Source: an uncultured beta proteobacterium (lineage in GTDB: Bacteria; Pseudomonadota; Gammaproteobacteria; Burkholderiales; JAEUMW01). From it: a DNA stretch of 64,000 bases. Position numbers and translations under genes: made by a program. The stretch spans positions 326,099-390,098 of the forward strand of contig CAVTGS010000012.1 in NCBI GenBank assembly GCA_963734295.1, written 5' to 3'. The notes under the pieces are model-generated. The model was given only the letters and a program-made list of their open reading frames with translations. It was not told the origin of the DNA and ran no database searches. Below, in pieces: positions 1 to 10,601 of the stretch; the first letter of the stretch is position 1; every line of letters begins with the position of its first letter.

Positions 1-787
1 AGATCGGGCGCACCGAAGAGCTCCAGCGGCCGCGTCGTGCCGCGCCCCTCCGAGAGCGTGGTGCCCTCCAGCATTACGGTGCCGGGGTAGCAGCGCGCCA
101 TCCAGAGATTCGGTGCGTTCGGGCTCGGATTGACCCAGACGCGCTCGTCGAGCGGCCAGCCGTAACCCGGCGCAGCCGACGGTTCCCAGCCTTGCATAGC
201 CACCACCTCGCACTCCACGTCCAGGCCTAGCAGTTTCACGAGCCATGACGCGAGCTCGCCGAGGGTGAGACCGTGGCGCATCGGCATCGGTCCCGCGCCG
301 ACGAAGCTCTCCCAGCCCGGACGCAGCCGCAATCCCTCGACCGGGCGGCCGACGGGGTTGGGGCGGTCGAGTATCCAGACCGCCTTGCCGTGCGCCGCGG
401 CGGCTTCGAGCACGTAGCGCAGCGTCGTGACGAACGTGTAGATGCGGCAACCCAGGTCCTGCAGATCGACGAGCAGCACATCGAAGGTGTCCATCATTGC
501 CGCGGTCGGGCGCCGCACCTCGCCATACAGGCTGAATACGGGAATCCCGTGCACCGAGTCGTGGTAGTCCGGCGACTCGACCATGTTGTCCTGCTTGTCC
601 CCGCGCAATCCGTGCTGCGGTCCGAAGGCGGCCACCAGGTCGACGTCGTCCAGCGCCGCGAGCGCATCCAGCGCGTGCGTGAGGTCGCGCGTGACCGACG
701 CCGGATGGGCCAGCAACGCCAAGCGCCGTCCCAGGAGCGGCCGGCGCAGTTCCCGTTCGTCGAGCAGGCGGTCGATGCCGAACTTCA
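1..787 (-). CDS. DUF1343-family protein (NamZ/YbbC-like), N-terminal part; gene runs past window start
   Basis: Own minus-strand translation from ATG 785-787 gives MKFGIDRLLDERELRRPLLGRRLALLAHPASVTRDLTHALDAL... It stays open to position 1, so it is absent from the ORF track. Family call is from remembered DUF1343 N-termini. Confidence 0.6.
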
Positions 788-1378
788 TGGCCTTGCCTCG
801 GCGGGGGGATCGTTCACGGACTCTCCTCCGGTCGCAGCGAGCTCGAGCGCGAACGCGTCGGGATGATGGAAGTCGGGCTGTCCGGGTGGGTGCCGCAGCG
901 CCCAATATGAACGCTCGCCCTGTTCATCCTCGACCACCGCCGAGAGGCCGAGTCGCAGCGGTGCGCTCGCGAGCCTTCCCGGGAGACGGTCGAGCCGAAT
1001 CATCGCCTCGAGCTCGAAACGGCCGGCTGCGCGCCGCACGGAGATCGCGGGGGTCGGGTCGAGCTCGAGCACCGTGCCCTCCCGATAGCGCTGGAACGCG
1101 TAAACCGCCCACGCGCCGGAAGGCGCGAAGTTGAGCTCGTAGTACCCGGGGGCATCCGGCGATGCGATGAAGGCTTCGCAGCACGTGTGCTGCCAGAGCC
1201 TGTGTGCGCGCCGGCTTGGTCCGGGCGACGGTATACGAAGGCGATCGACATTGCCGTCGAGTGTGAACGCGAATGCCACTGCTCCGTCCGGTTTTCTCTG
1301 CACCGCAGCCGATATGGCACGCACGTCACGGCACGGGGTCTTGGGGTGGCAGGTAAGGGCGTTGCCCGAACAGATCAT
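785..1378 (-). CDS. Hypothetical protein, DOMON/CBM9-like
   Basis: ORF 785..1426 with start moved to Met17 (MICSGN). Contains YYELNFAPSGAWAVYAF and SYWALRHPPGQPDFHHPDAF. Its stop overlaps the DUF1343 start, suggesting an operon. Confidence 0.45.
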   Translation of the reverse strand: MICSGNALTCHPKTPCRDVRAISAAVQRKPDGAVAFAFTLDGNVDRLRIPSPGPSRRAHRLWQHTCCEAFIASPDAPGYYELNFAPSGAWAVYAFQRYREGTVLELDPTPAISVRRAAGRFELEAMIRLDRLPGRLASAPLRLGLSAVVEDEQGERSYWALRHPPGQPDFHHPDAFALELAATGGESVNDPPAEARP

Positions 1379-1533
1379 GAGCTGGACGCGGGGATTCACG
1401 GGGCGACGTGGACCATCAGTTCTCACCGGCAGGTTATCACGAGATCAGCCGGGCGCTGCCCGTGGAAGCCGGGATCGCCAGCGGCACCCGGTCCAAAGAA
1501 GCGCAGTAAACTGTCGCGACTTTGCTCTCCCCC

Positions 1534-3483
1534 ATGACCGACCTCGCCTCCATCTTTTGCGCGACCGGGCCGCTAGCTTCCGCGGTGCCCGGCTATCGGC
1601 CTCGGGCTCAGCAGCTCGAAATGGCCCAGGCAGTGGCACGAACGATCGAATCCCACGGCGTGCTCGTCGCGGAGGCCGGGACCGGCACGGGCAAGACCTT
1701 CGCGTACCTGGTGCCCGCGCTGCTCGCCGGCGGCAAGGTGATCATCTCCACCGGCACCAAGACCCTGCAGGATCAGCTCTTCACCAAGGATCTGCCGATG
1801 GTGCGCGATGCGCTCAAGGTGCCGGTCACGGTCGCGCTGCTGAAGGGCCGCGCGAACTACGTCTGCCATCACTACCTCGAGCGCGCCAAAGCCGAAGGGC
1901 GCTTCACGAGCCGCGACGACGCACGCTTCCTGCCGGTGATCGCCCGCTTCGCCCGCACGACCAAGCGCGGCGACAAGGCCGAATGCTCCGGCGTGCCGGA
2001 CAACGCGGGCATCTGGTCGTGGGTCACGTCGACGCGCGAGAACTGTTTGGGCTCCGAGTGCACGCACTACAAGGAATGCTTCGTGATGGAAGCGCGCCGG
2101 CGCGCGATGGCGGCCGACGTGGTGGTGGTGAACCACCATCTCTTCTTCGCCGACGTCATGCTGCGCGACGAAGGCGCGGCGGAGCTGCTGCCCGCCTGCA
2201 ACACGGTGATCTTCGACGAAGCGCATCAGCTGCCCGAGACCGCCAGCTTCTTCTTCGGCGAGAGCGTCTCGACTTCGCAGTTGATCGAGCTCGCGCGCGA
2301 CAGTCGGCTGGAAGGGGTGGCAAGCGCGCCGGATTTCGCGCCGCAGCTCACCCCCGCGGCGCAGGCCCTCGACAAGGCGGCGCGCGACCTGCGCCTCGCG
2401 TTCGAAAAGCCGGATGGGCGGCTGCCGTTTTCTGCGGTCGAGCGCGACGATCGCTTCAACGTCGCGCTCGTGGTTGCGCTGGAGAAGCTCGCGGCGCTGC
2501 GGACAATGCTGGAGTCGCAGGCGGCGCGCAGCGAAGGTTTCGAACGCTGCTTCGCCCGCGCGCAGGAGCTCGCGGGGCGTATCGAGCAGTGGCAGAGCGG
2601 CTTCGACGCGGACTACGTGCGCTGGGTCGAGCTCTTCTCCCACTCGCTGCAGTTGAACGCGACGCCGCTCTCGATCGCGGAGGTGTTCAAGCGCCAGCTC
2701 GAAGGTCATCCGCGCGCGTGGATCTTCACCTCGGCCACGCTCTCGGTGCGCGGCGATTTCCGCCACTATACCGACGACATGGGACTCCTGGAGGGTGCGA
2801 CGGCCGCCTGGGACAGTCCCTTCGACTACGGGCAGCAGGCGTTGCTCTACGTTCCGGAGAATATGCCCGAGCCCAACAGCGAGGGCTACACGAAGGCGGT
2901 GGTGGCGGCGGCGCTGCCGCTCATTCGCGCCGCCGGCGGACGCACGTTTTGTCTCTTCACCTCGCTGCGGGCGATGCGCGCCGCGCACGACATCCTGAAG
3001 GAAAGGTTCCGGCGCGAAGGGCTCTCCTTTCCGGTTCTGGTGCAGGGCGACGGACCGAAGAACGAGCTGCTGGAACGCTTTCGCAAGCTCGGCAACGCGG
3101 TGCTGCTCGGCAGCCAGAGCTTCTGGGAAGGAGTGGACGTGCGCGGTCCGGCGCTCTCGGTGGTGGTGATCGACCGGCTGCCGTTCGCGCCGCCGGACGA
3201 TCCGGTGCTGGCGGCACGCATCGACTGGCTGAACCGGCAGGGACGCAATGCGTTCATGGAGTATCAGGTGCCAGAGGCGGTGATCACGCTCAAGCAGGGC
3301 GCGGGGCGGCTCATCCGCGACGAGACCGACCGCGGGGTGCTCATGATCTGCGACCCGAGGCTCGTCGCGAAGCCGTATGGCAGGCGCATCTGGCAGAGCC
3401 TGCCGCCGATGAAGCGCACGCGCAAGGAAGAGGAGGCGGTGTCGTTCTTCGAGCCGTCGGCGGCGACGCGGCAGGCGCTCTAG
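1534..3483 (+). CDS. dinG: ATP-dependent DNA helicase, DinG/YoaA (XPD-like Fe-S) family
   Basis: ORF 1522..3483, ATG at 1534 (MTDLASIF). Walker A AEAGTGTGKTFAY, DEAH box VIFDEAHQL, and a Cys cluster CHHY..C..C..C. Confidence 0.9.
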   Translation: MTDLASIFCATGPLASAVPGYRPRAQQLEMAQAVARTIESHGVLVAEAGTGTGKTFAYLVPALLAGGKVIISTGTKTLQDQLFTKDLPMVRDALKVPVTVALLKGRANYVCHHYLERAKAEGRFTSRDDARFLPVIARFARTTKRGDKAECSGVPDNAGIWSWVTSTRENCLGSECTHYKECFVMEARRRAMAADVVVVNHHLFFADVMLRDEGAAELLPACNTVIFDEAHQLPETASFFFGESVSTSQLIELARDSRLEGVASAPDFAPQLTPAAQALDKAARDLRLAFEKPDGRLPFSAVERDDRFNVALVVALEKLAALRTMLESQAARSEGFERCFARAQELAGRIEQWQSGFDADYVRWVELFSHSLQLNATPLSIAEVFKRQLEGHPRAWIFTSATLSVRGDFRHYTDDMGLLEGATAAWDSPFDYGQQALLYVPENMPEPNSEGYTKAVVAAALPLIRAAGGRTFCLFTSLRAMRAAHDILKERFRREGLSFPVLVQGDGPKNELLERFRKLGNAVLLGSQSFWEGVDVRGPALSVVVIDRLPFAPPDDPVLAARIDWLNRQGRNAFMEYQVPEAVITLKQGAGRLIRDETDRGVLMICDPRLVAKPYGRRIWQSLPPMKRTRKEEEAVSFFEPSAATRQAL

Positions 3484-3544
3484 AGCGGGTTGCGGTCACG
3501 ATCGTCGGCTCGCGCGGCGGCGCGGCGGGACGGGAGGCGGGTCG

Positions 3545-4405
3545 ATGCGATATGGATTGGTGGTGCACGGCGGCGCCGGTGCGTGGGACGCGGCGGTGCG
3601 CGACGACGCACTGCGCGGCGTGTGCGCCGCGGCTGCCGTTGCCCGCGGCATTCTCGCCGCGGGCGGTGCTGCGGTCGATGCGGTGGTCGCCGCGGTCGTC
3701 GCGCTGGAGGACGAACCGCTCTTCAACGCCGGTACCGGCGCATGCCTCAACCTGGATGGCGAGGCCGAGATGGACGCTCAGGTCATGATGGGCGAGGGCC
3801 TGCGCGCCGGAGCCGTGGCAGCTCTCGGGCGGGTCCGAAATCCGGTGCTGGTCGCCCGCAAGGTGATGGAAGAGACCGAGCACGTGATGCTCGCAGGGAC
3901 GGGCGCGCTGCGCTTCGCGCGGGCCATGGGCTTTGCCGACCATGATCCGGTCACGGGCCGCGCGCGGGCGCGCTGGCGAGATCGTCTGGACGAGCGCGGC
4001 GGGACGGTCGGCGCGGTTGCCGTCGACAGGCAGGGACGATTCGCTGCCGCGACCTCGACGGGCGGCGTCTCGCTCAAGCTACCGGGCAGGGTGGGGGATA
4101 CGCCGGTGCCCGGGGCCGGAAACTACGCGACCTCGTGCGCGGCGGCGTCGGCGACCGGACACGGCGAGCTGATGCTGCGCTGCCTCGCGACGAAGCGGGT
4201 GTGCGACTGCATCGAGCGCGGCCTCTGCGCGCAGGCGGCCGTGGACCGGGTGCTAGCGGAGATGGCGGCCACGGTCGGAGCGGACGCGGGTCTCATCGCC
4301 GTCGATCGCGAAGGGCGCACGGGTGTGGCCCACGCCACGCCGCAAATGCCGTTCGCTTACGTCCGGGAGGGTGACCCCGACCTGACGGCGGCGATCGAAC
4401 GATGA
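3545..4405 (+). CDS. Isoaspartyl peptidase / L-asparaginase (Ntn hydrolase)
   Basis: 286-aa ORF with N-terminal HGGAG and the autoprocessing site GTVGAVAVD...ATSTGG. Confidence 0.85.
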   Translation: MRYGLVVHGGAGAWDAAVRDDALRGVCAAAAVARGILAAGGAAVDAVVAAVVALEDEPLFNAGTGACLNLDGEAEMDAQVMMGEGLRAGAVAALGRVRNPVLVARKVMEETEHVMLAGTGALRFARAMGFADHDPVTGRARARWRDRLDERGGTVGAVAVDRQGRFAAATSTGGVSLKLPGRVGDTPVPGAGNYATSCAAASATGHGELMLRCLATKRVCDCIERGLCAQAAVDRVLAEMAATVGADAGLIAVDREGRTGVAHATPQMPFAYVREGDPDLTAAIER

Positions 4406-4412
4406 GCGCGCT

Positions 4413-4832
4413 TCACTCGAGGGCGTCGCGGATCCACCCGACCACCACGTCGCCGAACTCGGCCCAAAGCCACCAGAGCCCCGCGGCCCAGAGGAGGACG
4501 ATGACGAAGGCGGCGACGTAGTTGCGCGGGGTGTGCCTGTGCTCGTGCAGGAAACGATCAGCGCGGCCTTGGCATTCTTCCAGCACCGGCTTCGGAATCA
4601 GCCTGAAGGCGAGGTAGATCGCGCCCGGCAGCAGGATGAACTCGTCGAGGTAGCCCACGAGCGGCAGGAAATCGGGGATGAGGTCGATCGGGCTGAATGC
4701 GTACCCTGCGACCAGCACGGCGAGCACCTTCGCGGGGAAGGGCGTATCCGGGTGGCGATATGCGAACCAGAGGGCGAGCAGATTGCGCTTGAGCCGCCTA
4801 ACCCACTGCAGGACGCGCGGGTTGATCTTCAA
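4413..4832 (-). CDS. YkvA/DUF1232 family membrane protein
   Basis: 139-aa ORF with [21 protein letters not shown], characteristic of DUF1232. Its start overlaps the rimO stop. Confidence 0.7.
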   Translation of the reverse strand: MKINPRVLQWVRRLKRNLLALWFAYRHPDTPFPAKVLAVLVAGYAFSPIDLIPDFLPLVGYLDEFILLPGAIYLAFRLIPKPVLEECQGRADRFLHEHRHTPRNYVAAFVIVLLWAAGLWWLWAEFGDVVVGWIRDALE

Positions 4833-6148
4833 GGCGTCGACTCGGCCCAGAGATCGTGGGCATCGGACTTGACGACGCGCACCCTGGCGAAGTCACCGAC
4901 GGCGAGGCCCCGGGCCTTCGCCACGTACACGAGGCCGTCGATCTCGGGCGCGTCGGCGGCGGAACGGGCGAGCGCGCGGTTGCCGTTCACCTCGTCCACG
5001 AGGACATTCAGAAACTTCCCCACTTTGCGGCGGAGCCGCTCGGCGCTGATTTTCTCCTGCAGCGCCATGAAGCGTGCGCGCCGCTCTTCCTTCACTGCTT
5101 CGGGCACGTGTTCGGGGAGATCGTTCGCACGTGCGCCGGCGACGGGCGAGTAGGCGAAGCAGCCGACTCGGTCGAGCTCGGCTTCCTCGAGGAACTCGAG
5201 GAGTGCCTCGAACTCCGCTTCCGTCTCGCCGGGAAAGCCGACGATGAACGTGCTGCGGATGGTGAGCTCGGGACAGATCGACCGCCAGGCCCGGATGCGG
5301 TCGAGGTTGCCGTCGGCGCTCGCCGGGCGCTTCATGAGCTTGAGGATGCGCGCACTCGCGTGCTGGAACGGCACGTCGAGATAGGGCAGCAGCCGGCCCG
5401 CCGCCATGAGCGGCAACAACTCGTCCACGTGCGGGTAGGGGTAGACGTAGTGCAGGCGCACCCAGGCGCCGAGCTCGCTCATCGCCCGTGCGAGCTCGGT
5501 GAGCCGCGTCCTGAGCGGGCGCCCCTGCCAGAAGCCGGTGCGGTATCGCACGTCGACGCCGTACGCGCTCGTGTCCTGTGAGATCACGAGCAGCTCCTTC
5601 ACGCCGGCGCGGACCAGCGTCTCGGCTTCGGTCATCACTTCGCCGACGGGGCGGCTGACGAGATCGCCCCGCATCGACGGGATGATGCAGAAGGTACAGC
5701 GGTGGTTGCAGCCCTCGGCGATCTTGAGGTAGGCGTAGTGCTTCGGTGTGAGCTTGACTCCTTGCAGCGGGATCAGGCTCGTGAAGGGATCGTGCGGCTG
5801 CGGCAGGTGTGCGTGCACCGCTCCCATCACCTCTGCGGTCGCTTGCGGGCCCGTGACGGCGAGAACCTGGGGATGCGCGTCGCGCACGATGCTGCCCTGC
5901 GCACCGAGGCAGCCGGTAACGATCACGCGGCCGTTTTCGGTCAGCGCCTCGCCGATGGCGTCGAGGGATTCCCGGACCGCGGCATCGATGAAGCCGCAGG
6001 TGTTCACGATCACGAGGTCGGCCTGCTCGTAACTGGGAGAGACGAGATAACCCTCGGCGCGCAGTTGCGTCAGGATGCGCTCGGAATCGACCAGCGCCTT
6101 GGGGCAACCGAGCGAGACGAAGCCGACCTTGGGCGGCACTGAGGGCAC
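4829..6148 (-). CDS. rimO: Ribosomal protein S12 methylthiotransferase RimO
   Basis: ORF 4829..6250. Has [17 protein letters not shown], the radical-SAM motif CNHRCTFC and a TRAM-like C-terminus. The GTG near 6148 is preferred because the 6250 start would overlap phaR. Confidence 0.9.
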   Translation of the reverse strand: MPSVPPKVGFVSLGCPKALVDSERILTQLRAEGYLVSPSYEQADLVIVNTCGFIDAAVRESLDAIGEALTENGRVIVTGCLGAQGSIVRDAHPQVLAVTGPQATAEVMGAVHAHLPQPHDPFTSLIPLQGVKLTPKHYAYLKIAEGCNHRCTFCIIPSMRGDLVSRPVGEVMTEAETLVRAGVKELLVISQDTSAYGVDVRYRTGFWQGRPLRTRLTELARAMSELGAWVRLHYVYPYPHVDELLPLMAAGRLLPYLDVPFQHASARILKLMKRPASADGNLDRIRAWRSICPELTIRSTFIVGFPGETEAEFEALLEFLEEAELDRVGCFAYSPVAGARANDLPEHVPEAVKEERRARFMALQEKISAERLRRKVGKFLNVLVDEVNGNRALARSAADAPEIDGLVYVAKARGLAVGDFARVRVVKSDAHDLWAESTP

Positions 6149-6191
6149 CGGGGAACCGCCGCGAGTGAAGGCCGGCCGCAGCCGGCGGGTT

Positions 6192-6791
6192 TTAGGTCTT
6201 GCCGCCGCCCTGGCTCTCGTCGGAGGCGGTTTCGTCGGACTTGCCGGCATTGAGCCCGGGAAACGTGAAGCTGCCGAAGAGATTGCGGGTCCGACGCTGG
6301 AGCTGCTGCTGCATCTCGAGGAACATGGTGGCGCTTTGCTCGAGGTAGCTGCTCATGAGGCTTTGGATCGTGGGTCCCTGCAGCTTCATGAACTGGGTCC
6401 AGGCATCGGGGGTGAGCACGGGATTCTCGCCGTAGATGGCGCGCGACTGTTCCTGCAGCCGGTTCTGCAGGTCCATGAAGGTCTGGATGTTCTTCTCCAG
6501 GTAGCTGCCCATCATGCCCTGCATGGTGTGGCCGTAGAAACGGATGACTTGGGACAGCATGTCGCTCGAGAACATCGGCATGCCGTCGCTTTCCTCCTCG
6601 ATGATGATCTGCAGCAGAATGCTCCGCGTGAGGTCGTCTCCCGATTTCGCGTCCAGGACCTTGAATTCGGCGTTGTCCAGAACCAGCCGTTTCACGTCGG
6701 CGAGGGTGATGTAGCTGCTCGTGGCCGTATCGTAGAGCCGCCGGTTGGGGTACTTCTTGATCAGCCGGACGTTTTCGCTTCCTTCAGCCAT
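6192..6791 (-). CDS. phaR: PHA synthesis repressor PhaR
   Basis: C-terminal 199 aa of ORF 6192..7292, starting [33 protein letters not shown] (typical PhaR N-terminus). Lies next to the phasin and phaC genes. Confidence 0.9.
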   Translation of the reverse strand: MAEGSENVRLIKKYPNRRLYDTATSSYITLADVKRLVLDNAEFKVLDAKSGDDLTRSILLQIIIEEESDGMPMFSSDMLSQVIRFYGHTMQGMMGSYLEKNIQTFMDLQNRLQEQSRAIYGENPVLTPDAWTQFMKLQGPTIQSLMSSYLEQSATMFLEMQQQLQRRTRNLFGSFTFPGLNAGKSDETASDESQGGGKT

Positions 6792-6916
6792 CGGAACTCT
6801 TTCCCGGTAAGATCCACGCTGCGGACGCAGGCGGGGAGGTGCGCTCATGCGATAATTATAACCGTCTGAGAGATAGAAGCTAAATGCATCGTATGCTGCA
6901 ACGCAATAACTCCCCG

Positions 6917-6944
6917 TTGACAAACGGGGCGAGCTGGCTATAAT
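6917..6944 (+). promoter_or_regulatory. Near-consensus sigma70 promoter for the phasin gene
   Basis: TTGACA (6917-6922), 16-nt spacer, TATAAT (6939-6944), about 65 nt upstream of the phasin ATG. Flanked by TGC-rich GCAAC repeats (see findings). Confidence 0.5.
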
Positions 6945-7010
6945 TGGTTTGTGCAGTGCAACAAAACGCGGCGCATAGCCGAGTCGTGTACCCATGTGAG
7001 GAGAGAGAAA

Positions 7011-7568
7011 ATGTTCGAGAAAGCTGAAGATTTTGCCGCCTTCGGCAAGGGAGGACTTGAAACCGCGCTCAAGTTCGCACAGATTTCCATGGACAGCGCC
7101 GAGCGCATGATGAAGCTGCAGCTCGAGGCTGCACGCACGTCGTTCGAGGAGAACAGCAAGACCGCCAAGTCCCTGACCGAAGCCAAGGATCCGCAGCAGC
7201 TCATGAGTCTTCGCACGAAGCTCGCCGAGCAAAGCGTCGAGAAGATGCTCACGTACTGCAAGAGCGTCTATGAGGTGGCGTCCGCGACGCAAGCCGAGGT
7301 GTCGCGCCTGATGGAACAGGCCATGACGTCCAACAGCAAGGAGGTCATGGAGGCCATCGAGAAAGTCATGAAGGCTGCGCCTGGGGGAGCGTCCGACGCC
7401 GCCGTGGCCGCTTTCAAGACCGCCATGTCCGCCACCCAGAGCGCGATGGAGAACATGAACAAGGCGGCGACTCAGGTCACGCAGTTGGCTGATACGTCGA
7501 TTCGGGCCGCGACGCAGGCCACCTCGGAAGCGGCCAAGGCAGCCGTCAAGAAGCCGGCACCCAAGTAA
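7011..7568 (+). CDS. phaP: Phasin family protein
   Basis: ORF 6951..7568 with start at MFEKAEDFAAFGKGGLETALKF, preceded by GAGGAGAGAGAAA. Ala/Lys/Glu-rich helical sequence typical of phasins. Confidence 0.85.
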   Translation: MFEKAEDFAAFGKGGLETALKFAQISMDSAERMMKLQLEAARTSFEENSKTAKSLTEAKDPQQLMSLRTKLAEQSVEKMLTYCKSVYEVASATQAEVSRLMEQAMTSNSKEVMEAIEKVMKAAPGGASDAAVAAFKTAMSATQSAMENMNKAATQVTQLADTSIRAATQATSEAAKAAVKKPAPK

Positions 7569-7654
7569 CGGTAGGGCTGCGGCAAGGGAGTCGCCAGAGC
7601 CCGTCAGAGCTTTGACCGGGTCTCGAGCCGAAAACCCGCAACCACGAAAAAGAA

Positions 7655-7683
7655 GGGCCTCTGCGGGTGATCCGCAGAGGCCC
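7655..7683. terminator. Bidirectional rho-independent terminator between phaP and phaC
   Basis: Perfect 12-bp stem GGGCCTCTGCGG / CCGCAGAGGCCC with a 5-nt loop. An A-run lies upstream and TTGT downstream, between convergent genes. Confidence 0.7.
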
Positions 7684-7703
7684 TTGTCCTGTGTGGGGTC
7701 CGG

Positions 7704-9458
7704 TTACTCGTGCCGCTCCTTCACATAGCTGCCGGGCGCCGGCTCGAGCTCTGAGTAGGTGCGGTTGCCGGTCTTCTTCGGCGCGGGCACCTCTCCCCCC
7801 GATCGCTTGGCGAGCCATTCCGACCAGCGCGGCCACCAGCTGCCCGGTACCTGCTTCGCGCTGGCCAGCCACTCCTCGGGGGTTTCCCGCAACTTTCCTT
7901 CACCCACCCAGTAGTTGCGCCGGTTCTTCGATGCGGGGTTGATCACGCCCGCGATATGTCCGCTCGCCGCCAGTACGAACTCGATGTCGTCGGTTCCGAG
8001 CAGACGGGCACTGATGTAGGCGGACCGCCAGGGCACGATGTGGTCCTCGCGTGCCGCGAGAACGAACGTCGGGAGAGTGATCTTGCGCAGGTTGAGGGGA
8101 GTCCCCAGCGCCGTCAGCTTGTCGGGAACCCGCAGGTTGTTTTCGAAGTACATGTTGCGCACGTACCAGGCGTACAGCTTGCCCGGCAGGTTCGACCCGT
8201 CGCTGTTCCAGTAGAGCAGGTCGAACGCTTCCGGCGTCTTGCCCTTGAGATAGTTGTTGACCACGTAGAACCACACGAGCTCGTTCGCCCGCAGGCTCGC
8301 GAACGTGCTGGCGAGCTCCGAGCCGCGTACCAACCCGCCCTCGGCGAAATCCACCTCGCGCTTCTCGACGTAGGCTTCGTCCAGGTAGACCTCGATCTCG
8401 CCCACGTCGCTGAAGTCGAGCATGGTGGTGAGCAGGGTCAGGCTGTTGACCCGCGTATCACCGCGGGCAGCCATCACGGCAAGCGCTGTGGCGACCAGCG
8501 TACCGCCGACGCAGAAGCCGAGCACGTTCGCTTTCTCCGCCTTTGCGACATTCAAGACGACTTCCAGCGCCTTGAACACGGCGTGCTCGATGTAGTCGTC
8601 CCACGTGAGCGTACCGAGCTCGGGCGGCGTGTTCCGCCACGACACGAGGAAGGTGCTGAAGCCCTGGTCGGTCGCGTACTTCACGAACGAGTTGTCGGGC
8701 TGCATATCGAGGATGTAGTACTTGTTGATGAAGGGCGGGATGACGAGGAAAGGAATCTCGCGCACTTTCTCGGTGGTCGGCTGGTAGTGAATGAGCTGGA
8801 AGATCTCGTTCTGGAAGATCACCGAACCCGGCGTGCGCGCAAGGTTTTCGCCGACCTCGAAGGCGGAGTCGTCGACCATCGAGATGCGCCCCTTTTCGAG
8901 GTCGTCGACGAGATTCTTGTAACCGGCCGCGAGGCTCTGCCCCTTGGTCTCCATCGCGAGCTTCAGCGCCTCGGGGTTCGACGCCGGGAAGTTGGCCGGA
9001 CACATCGCATCGACCACCTGACGGGTGAAGAACTTGAGTTTCTTCTTGCTGTGCGGCTCGAGCTTTGCGGCATCCGCGAGCTCCGAGAGCCAGCGGGCGT
9101 TCAGCAGGTATGATTGCCGGAGAAAGTCGAAGTACGGGATCTCCTTCCACTCCGGCGCGTGGAAGCGCCGGTCGCCTTTCTCCGGCGCCACGACCGGTTC
9201 GACCTCCTGCCCGCTGGCGCGCTGCATGACATTGGTCCACAGCCGGCCCCACTTCTCGGCGTAGCGCTGGTTGAGCTGCTTGAACTGTTCGGCATCGTGC
9301 AGTACGCCCGCCGTGAGCGACTGCACCAACTCGTTCGTGTCCAGCCTCTGGTCCGGGGTGAACTTCTTCAGGAACTGGCTGATCAATCGCTGGTTCGCCT
9401 CGGTGATGGACTTCATCAGCTCGAAGCTCTCGGGCGAAGCTTCCGTTCGCGCTTCCAT
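7704..9458 (-). CDS. phaC: Class I poly(R)-hydroxyalkanoate synthase PhaC
   Basis: 584-aa ORF with lipase box GFCVGGT and a conserved PhaC N-terminal region. Confidence 0.95.
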   Translation of the reverse strand: MEARTEASPESFELMKSITEANQRLISQFLKKFTPDQRLDTNELVQSLTAGVLHDAEQFKQLNQRYAEKWGRLWTNVMQRASGQEVEPVVAPEKGDRRFHAPEWKEIPYFDFLRQSYLLNARWLSELADAAKLEPHSKKKLKFFTRQVVDAMCPANFPASNPEALKLAMETKGQSLAAGYKNLVDDLEKGRISMVDDSAFEVGENLARTPGSVIFQNEIFQLIHYQPTTEKVREIPFLVIPPFINKYYILDMQPDNSFVKYATDQGFSTFLVSWRNTPPELGTLTWDDYIEHAVFKALEVVLNVAKAEKANVLGFCVGGTLVATALAVMAARGDTRVNSLTLLTTMLDFSDVGEIEVYLDEAYVEKREVDFAEGGLVRGSELASTFASLRANELVWFYVVNNYLKGKTPEAFDLLYWNSDGSNLPGKLYAWYVRNMYFENNLRVPDKLTALGTPLNLRKITLPTFVLAAREDHIVPWRSAYISARLLGTDDIEFVLAASGHIAGVINPASKNRRNYWVGEGKLRETPEEWLASAKQVPGSWWPRWSEWLAKRSGGEVPAPKKTGNRTYSELEPAPGSYVKERHE

Positions 9459-9569
9459 AGGGGTCGTCTCCGCGTTTCTTGGCCGGTACGCTGGCGTGGT
9501 GGGGTATCTCTGGGATTCTGGAAGCGGCCTTATTCAGTGTCAAGCACGGTCGCCCGAGGAGGCCAGTAC

Positions 9570-9785
9570 ATGTATATCGTTGCCATCGGTTGGCTCTACG
9601 TCGTCGTTCTGATGGCGCTCTCCGAGAAGACGTTCACCTCGGGGCTTACGACCTTGCTGCTCTTCGGCGTGCTGCCGGTCGGGATGCTCCTCATCGTCCG
9701 CAACGGCAGCAAGCGCAGCCGTCGACTGCGTCGCGAAGCGATCCAGCGTGCGAGCTCGGGCGAGGACGAACCCGCGGATCAGTGA
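9570..9785 (+). CDS. Small membrane protein (2 TM), unknown function
   Basis: Last 71 aa of ORF 9114..9785: MYIVAIGWLYVVVLMALSEKTFTSGLTTLLLFGVLPVGMLLIV followed by a basic tail. Confidence 0.4.
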   Translation: MYIVAIGWLYVVVLMALSEKTFTSGLTTLLLFGVLPVGMLLIVRNGSKRSRRLRREAIQRASSGEDEPADQ

Positions 9786-10549
9786 GCTTGGAACAGGCGC
9801 CCTGCGAGCCAGATGGTGCCGACGCCGAGCGCGATCAGAAGGAGCTGTTCTACCGTCGCCTTGAGCTCCGGACGCCGGTGCAGGCCGGGGATGAGGTCGG
9901 CCACTGCGACATAGAGCATGCTTGCCGCGGCGACCCCGAGGAGCGGTGGCACCAGCGCCTGCAACCGGTAGAGGGTGACGTAGGCGATGAGACCGCCCAG
10001 GAGCGTCGCGACGCTGGAGAGCAGGTTGAAGGCGACGGCCTGCCGGCGGCTGTAGCCGCTGTTTAGCAGGATCAGGAAATCCCCCACCTCCTGCGGGATC
10101 TCGTGCGCAATCATCGCGAGCGCCGTGACGATTCCGAGCTGGATGTCGGCGAGAAAGGCTGCGGCGATCAGAATGCCATCGACGAAGTTGTGGATCGTGT
10201 CCCCCACCAGGATCATGAGACCGCTGCGGCCGTGGTCGTGCTCGATGGCCGGGCTGCCGTGGCTTTCACAGGTGTCCTCGTGGCAGTGCCGCCACAGGAC
10301 GAGCTTCTCCAGGGTGAAGAACCCGAGGATACCGCCCAGCACGACGGTGCCCATCGGCAAGCCGTCGGCGCGCGCGAACGCCTCGGGCAGCAGGTTGAGG
10401 AATACCGCGCCGAGCAGGGTGCCGATCGCATAGCTGATCAACACGGGCACGTGCCGCGGCTTGGCGGACAGCGCGACGAGCGCCGCTGCGGCTACGCTCA
10501 ACATGCCGCCCGCGAGGCAGGCGCCGATGATCCACTGCAGGGCCGTCAT
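9779..10549 (-). CDS. ZIP family metal transporter
   Basis: 256-aa ORF, polytopic, with HEIPQEVGDF and a His-rich loop HCHEDTCESHGSPAIEHDH. Confidence 0.85.
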   Translation of the reverse strand: MTALQWIIGACLAGGMLSVAAAALVALSAKPRHVPVLISYAIGTLLGAVFLNLLPEAFARADGLPMGTVVLGGILGFFTLEKLVLWRHCHEDTCESHGSPAIEHDHGRSGLMILVGDTIHNFVDGILIAAAFLADIQLGIVTALAMIAHEIPQEVGDFLILLNSGYSRRQAVAFNLLSSVATLLGGLIAYVTLYRLQALVPPLLGVAAASMLYVAVADLIPGLHRRPELKATVEQLLLIALGVGTIWLAGRLFQAH

Positions 10550-10601
10550 GGCGGGACGCCGTCAAAAAGTCCGCGATTATACGCGGCGCACCCCTGTCGA
10601 C

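Noticed and set aside
1167-3788. 873-aa plus-strand ORF overlapping dinG
   Set aside because: It is a shadow ORF, extremely Arg/Ala/Gly-rich. The 653-aa frame carries all the helicase motifs.
6792-7292. N-terminal 167-aa extension of the phaR ORF
   Set aside because: It overlaps the phasin gene and its promoter on the opposite strand. The PhaR homology begins at MAEGSENV (6791).
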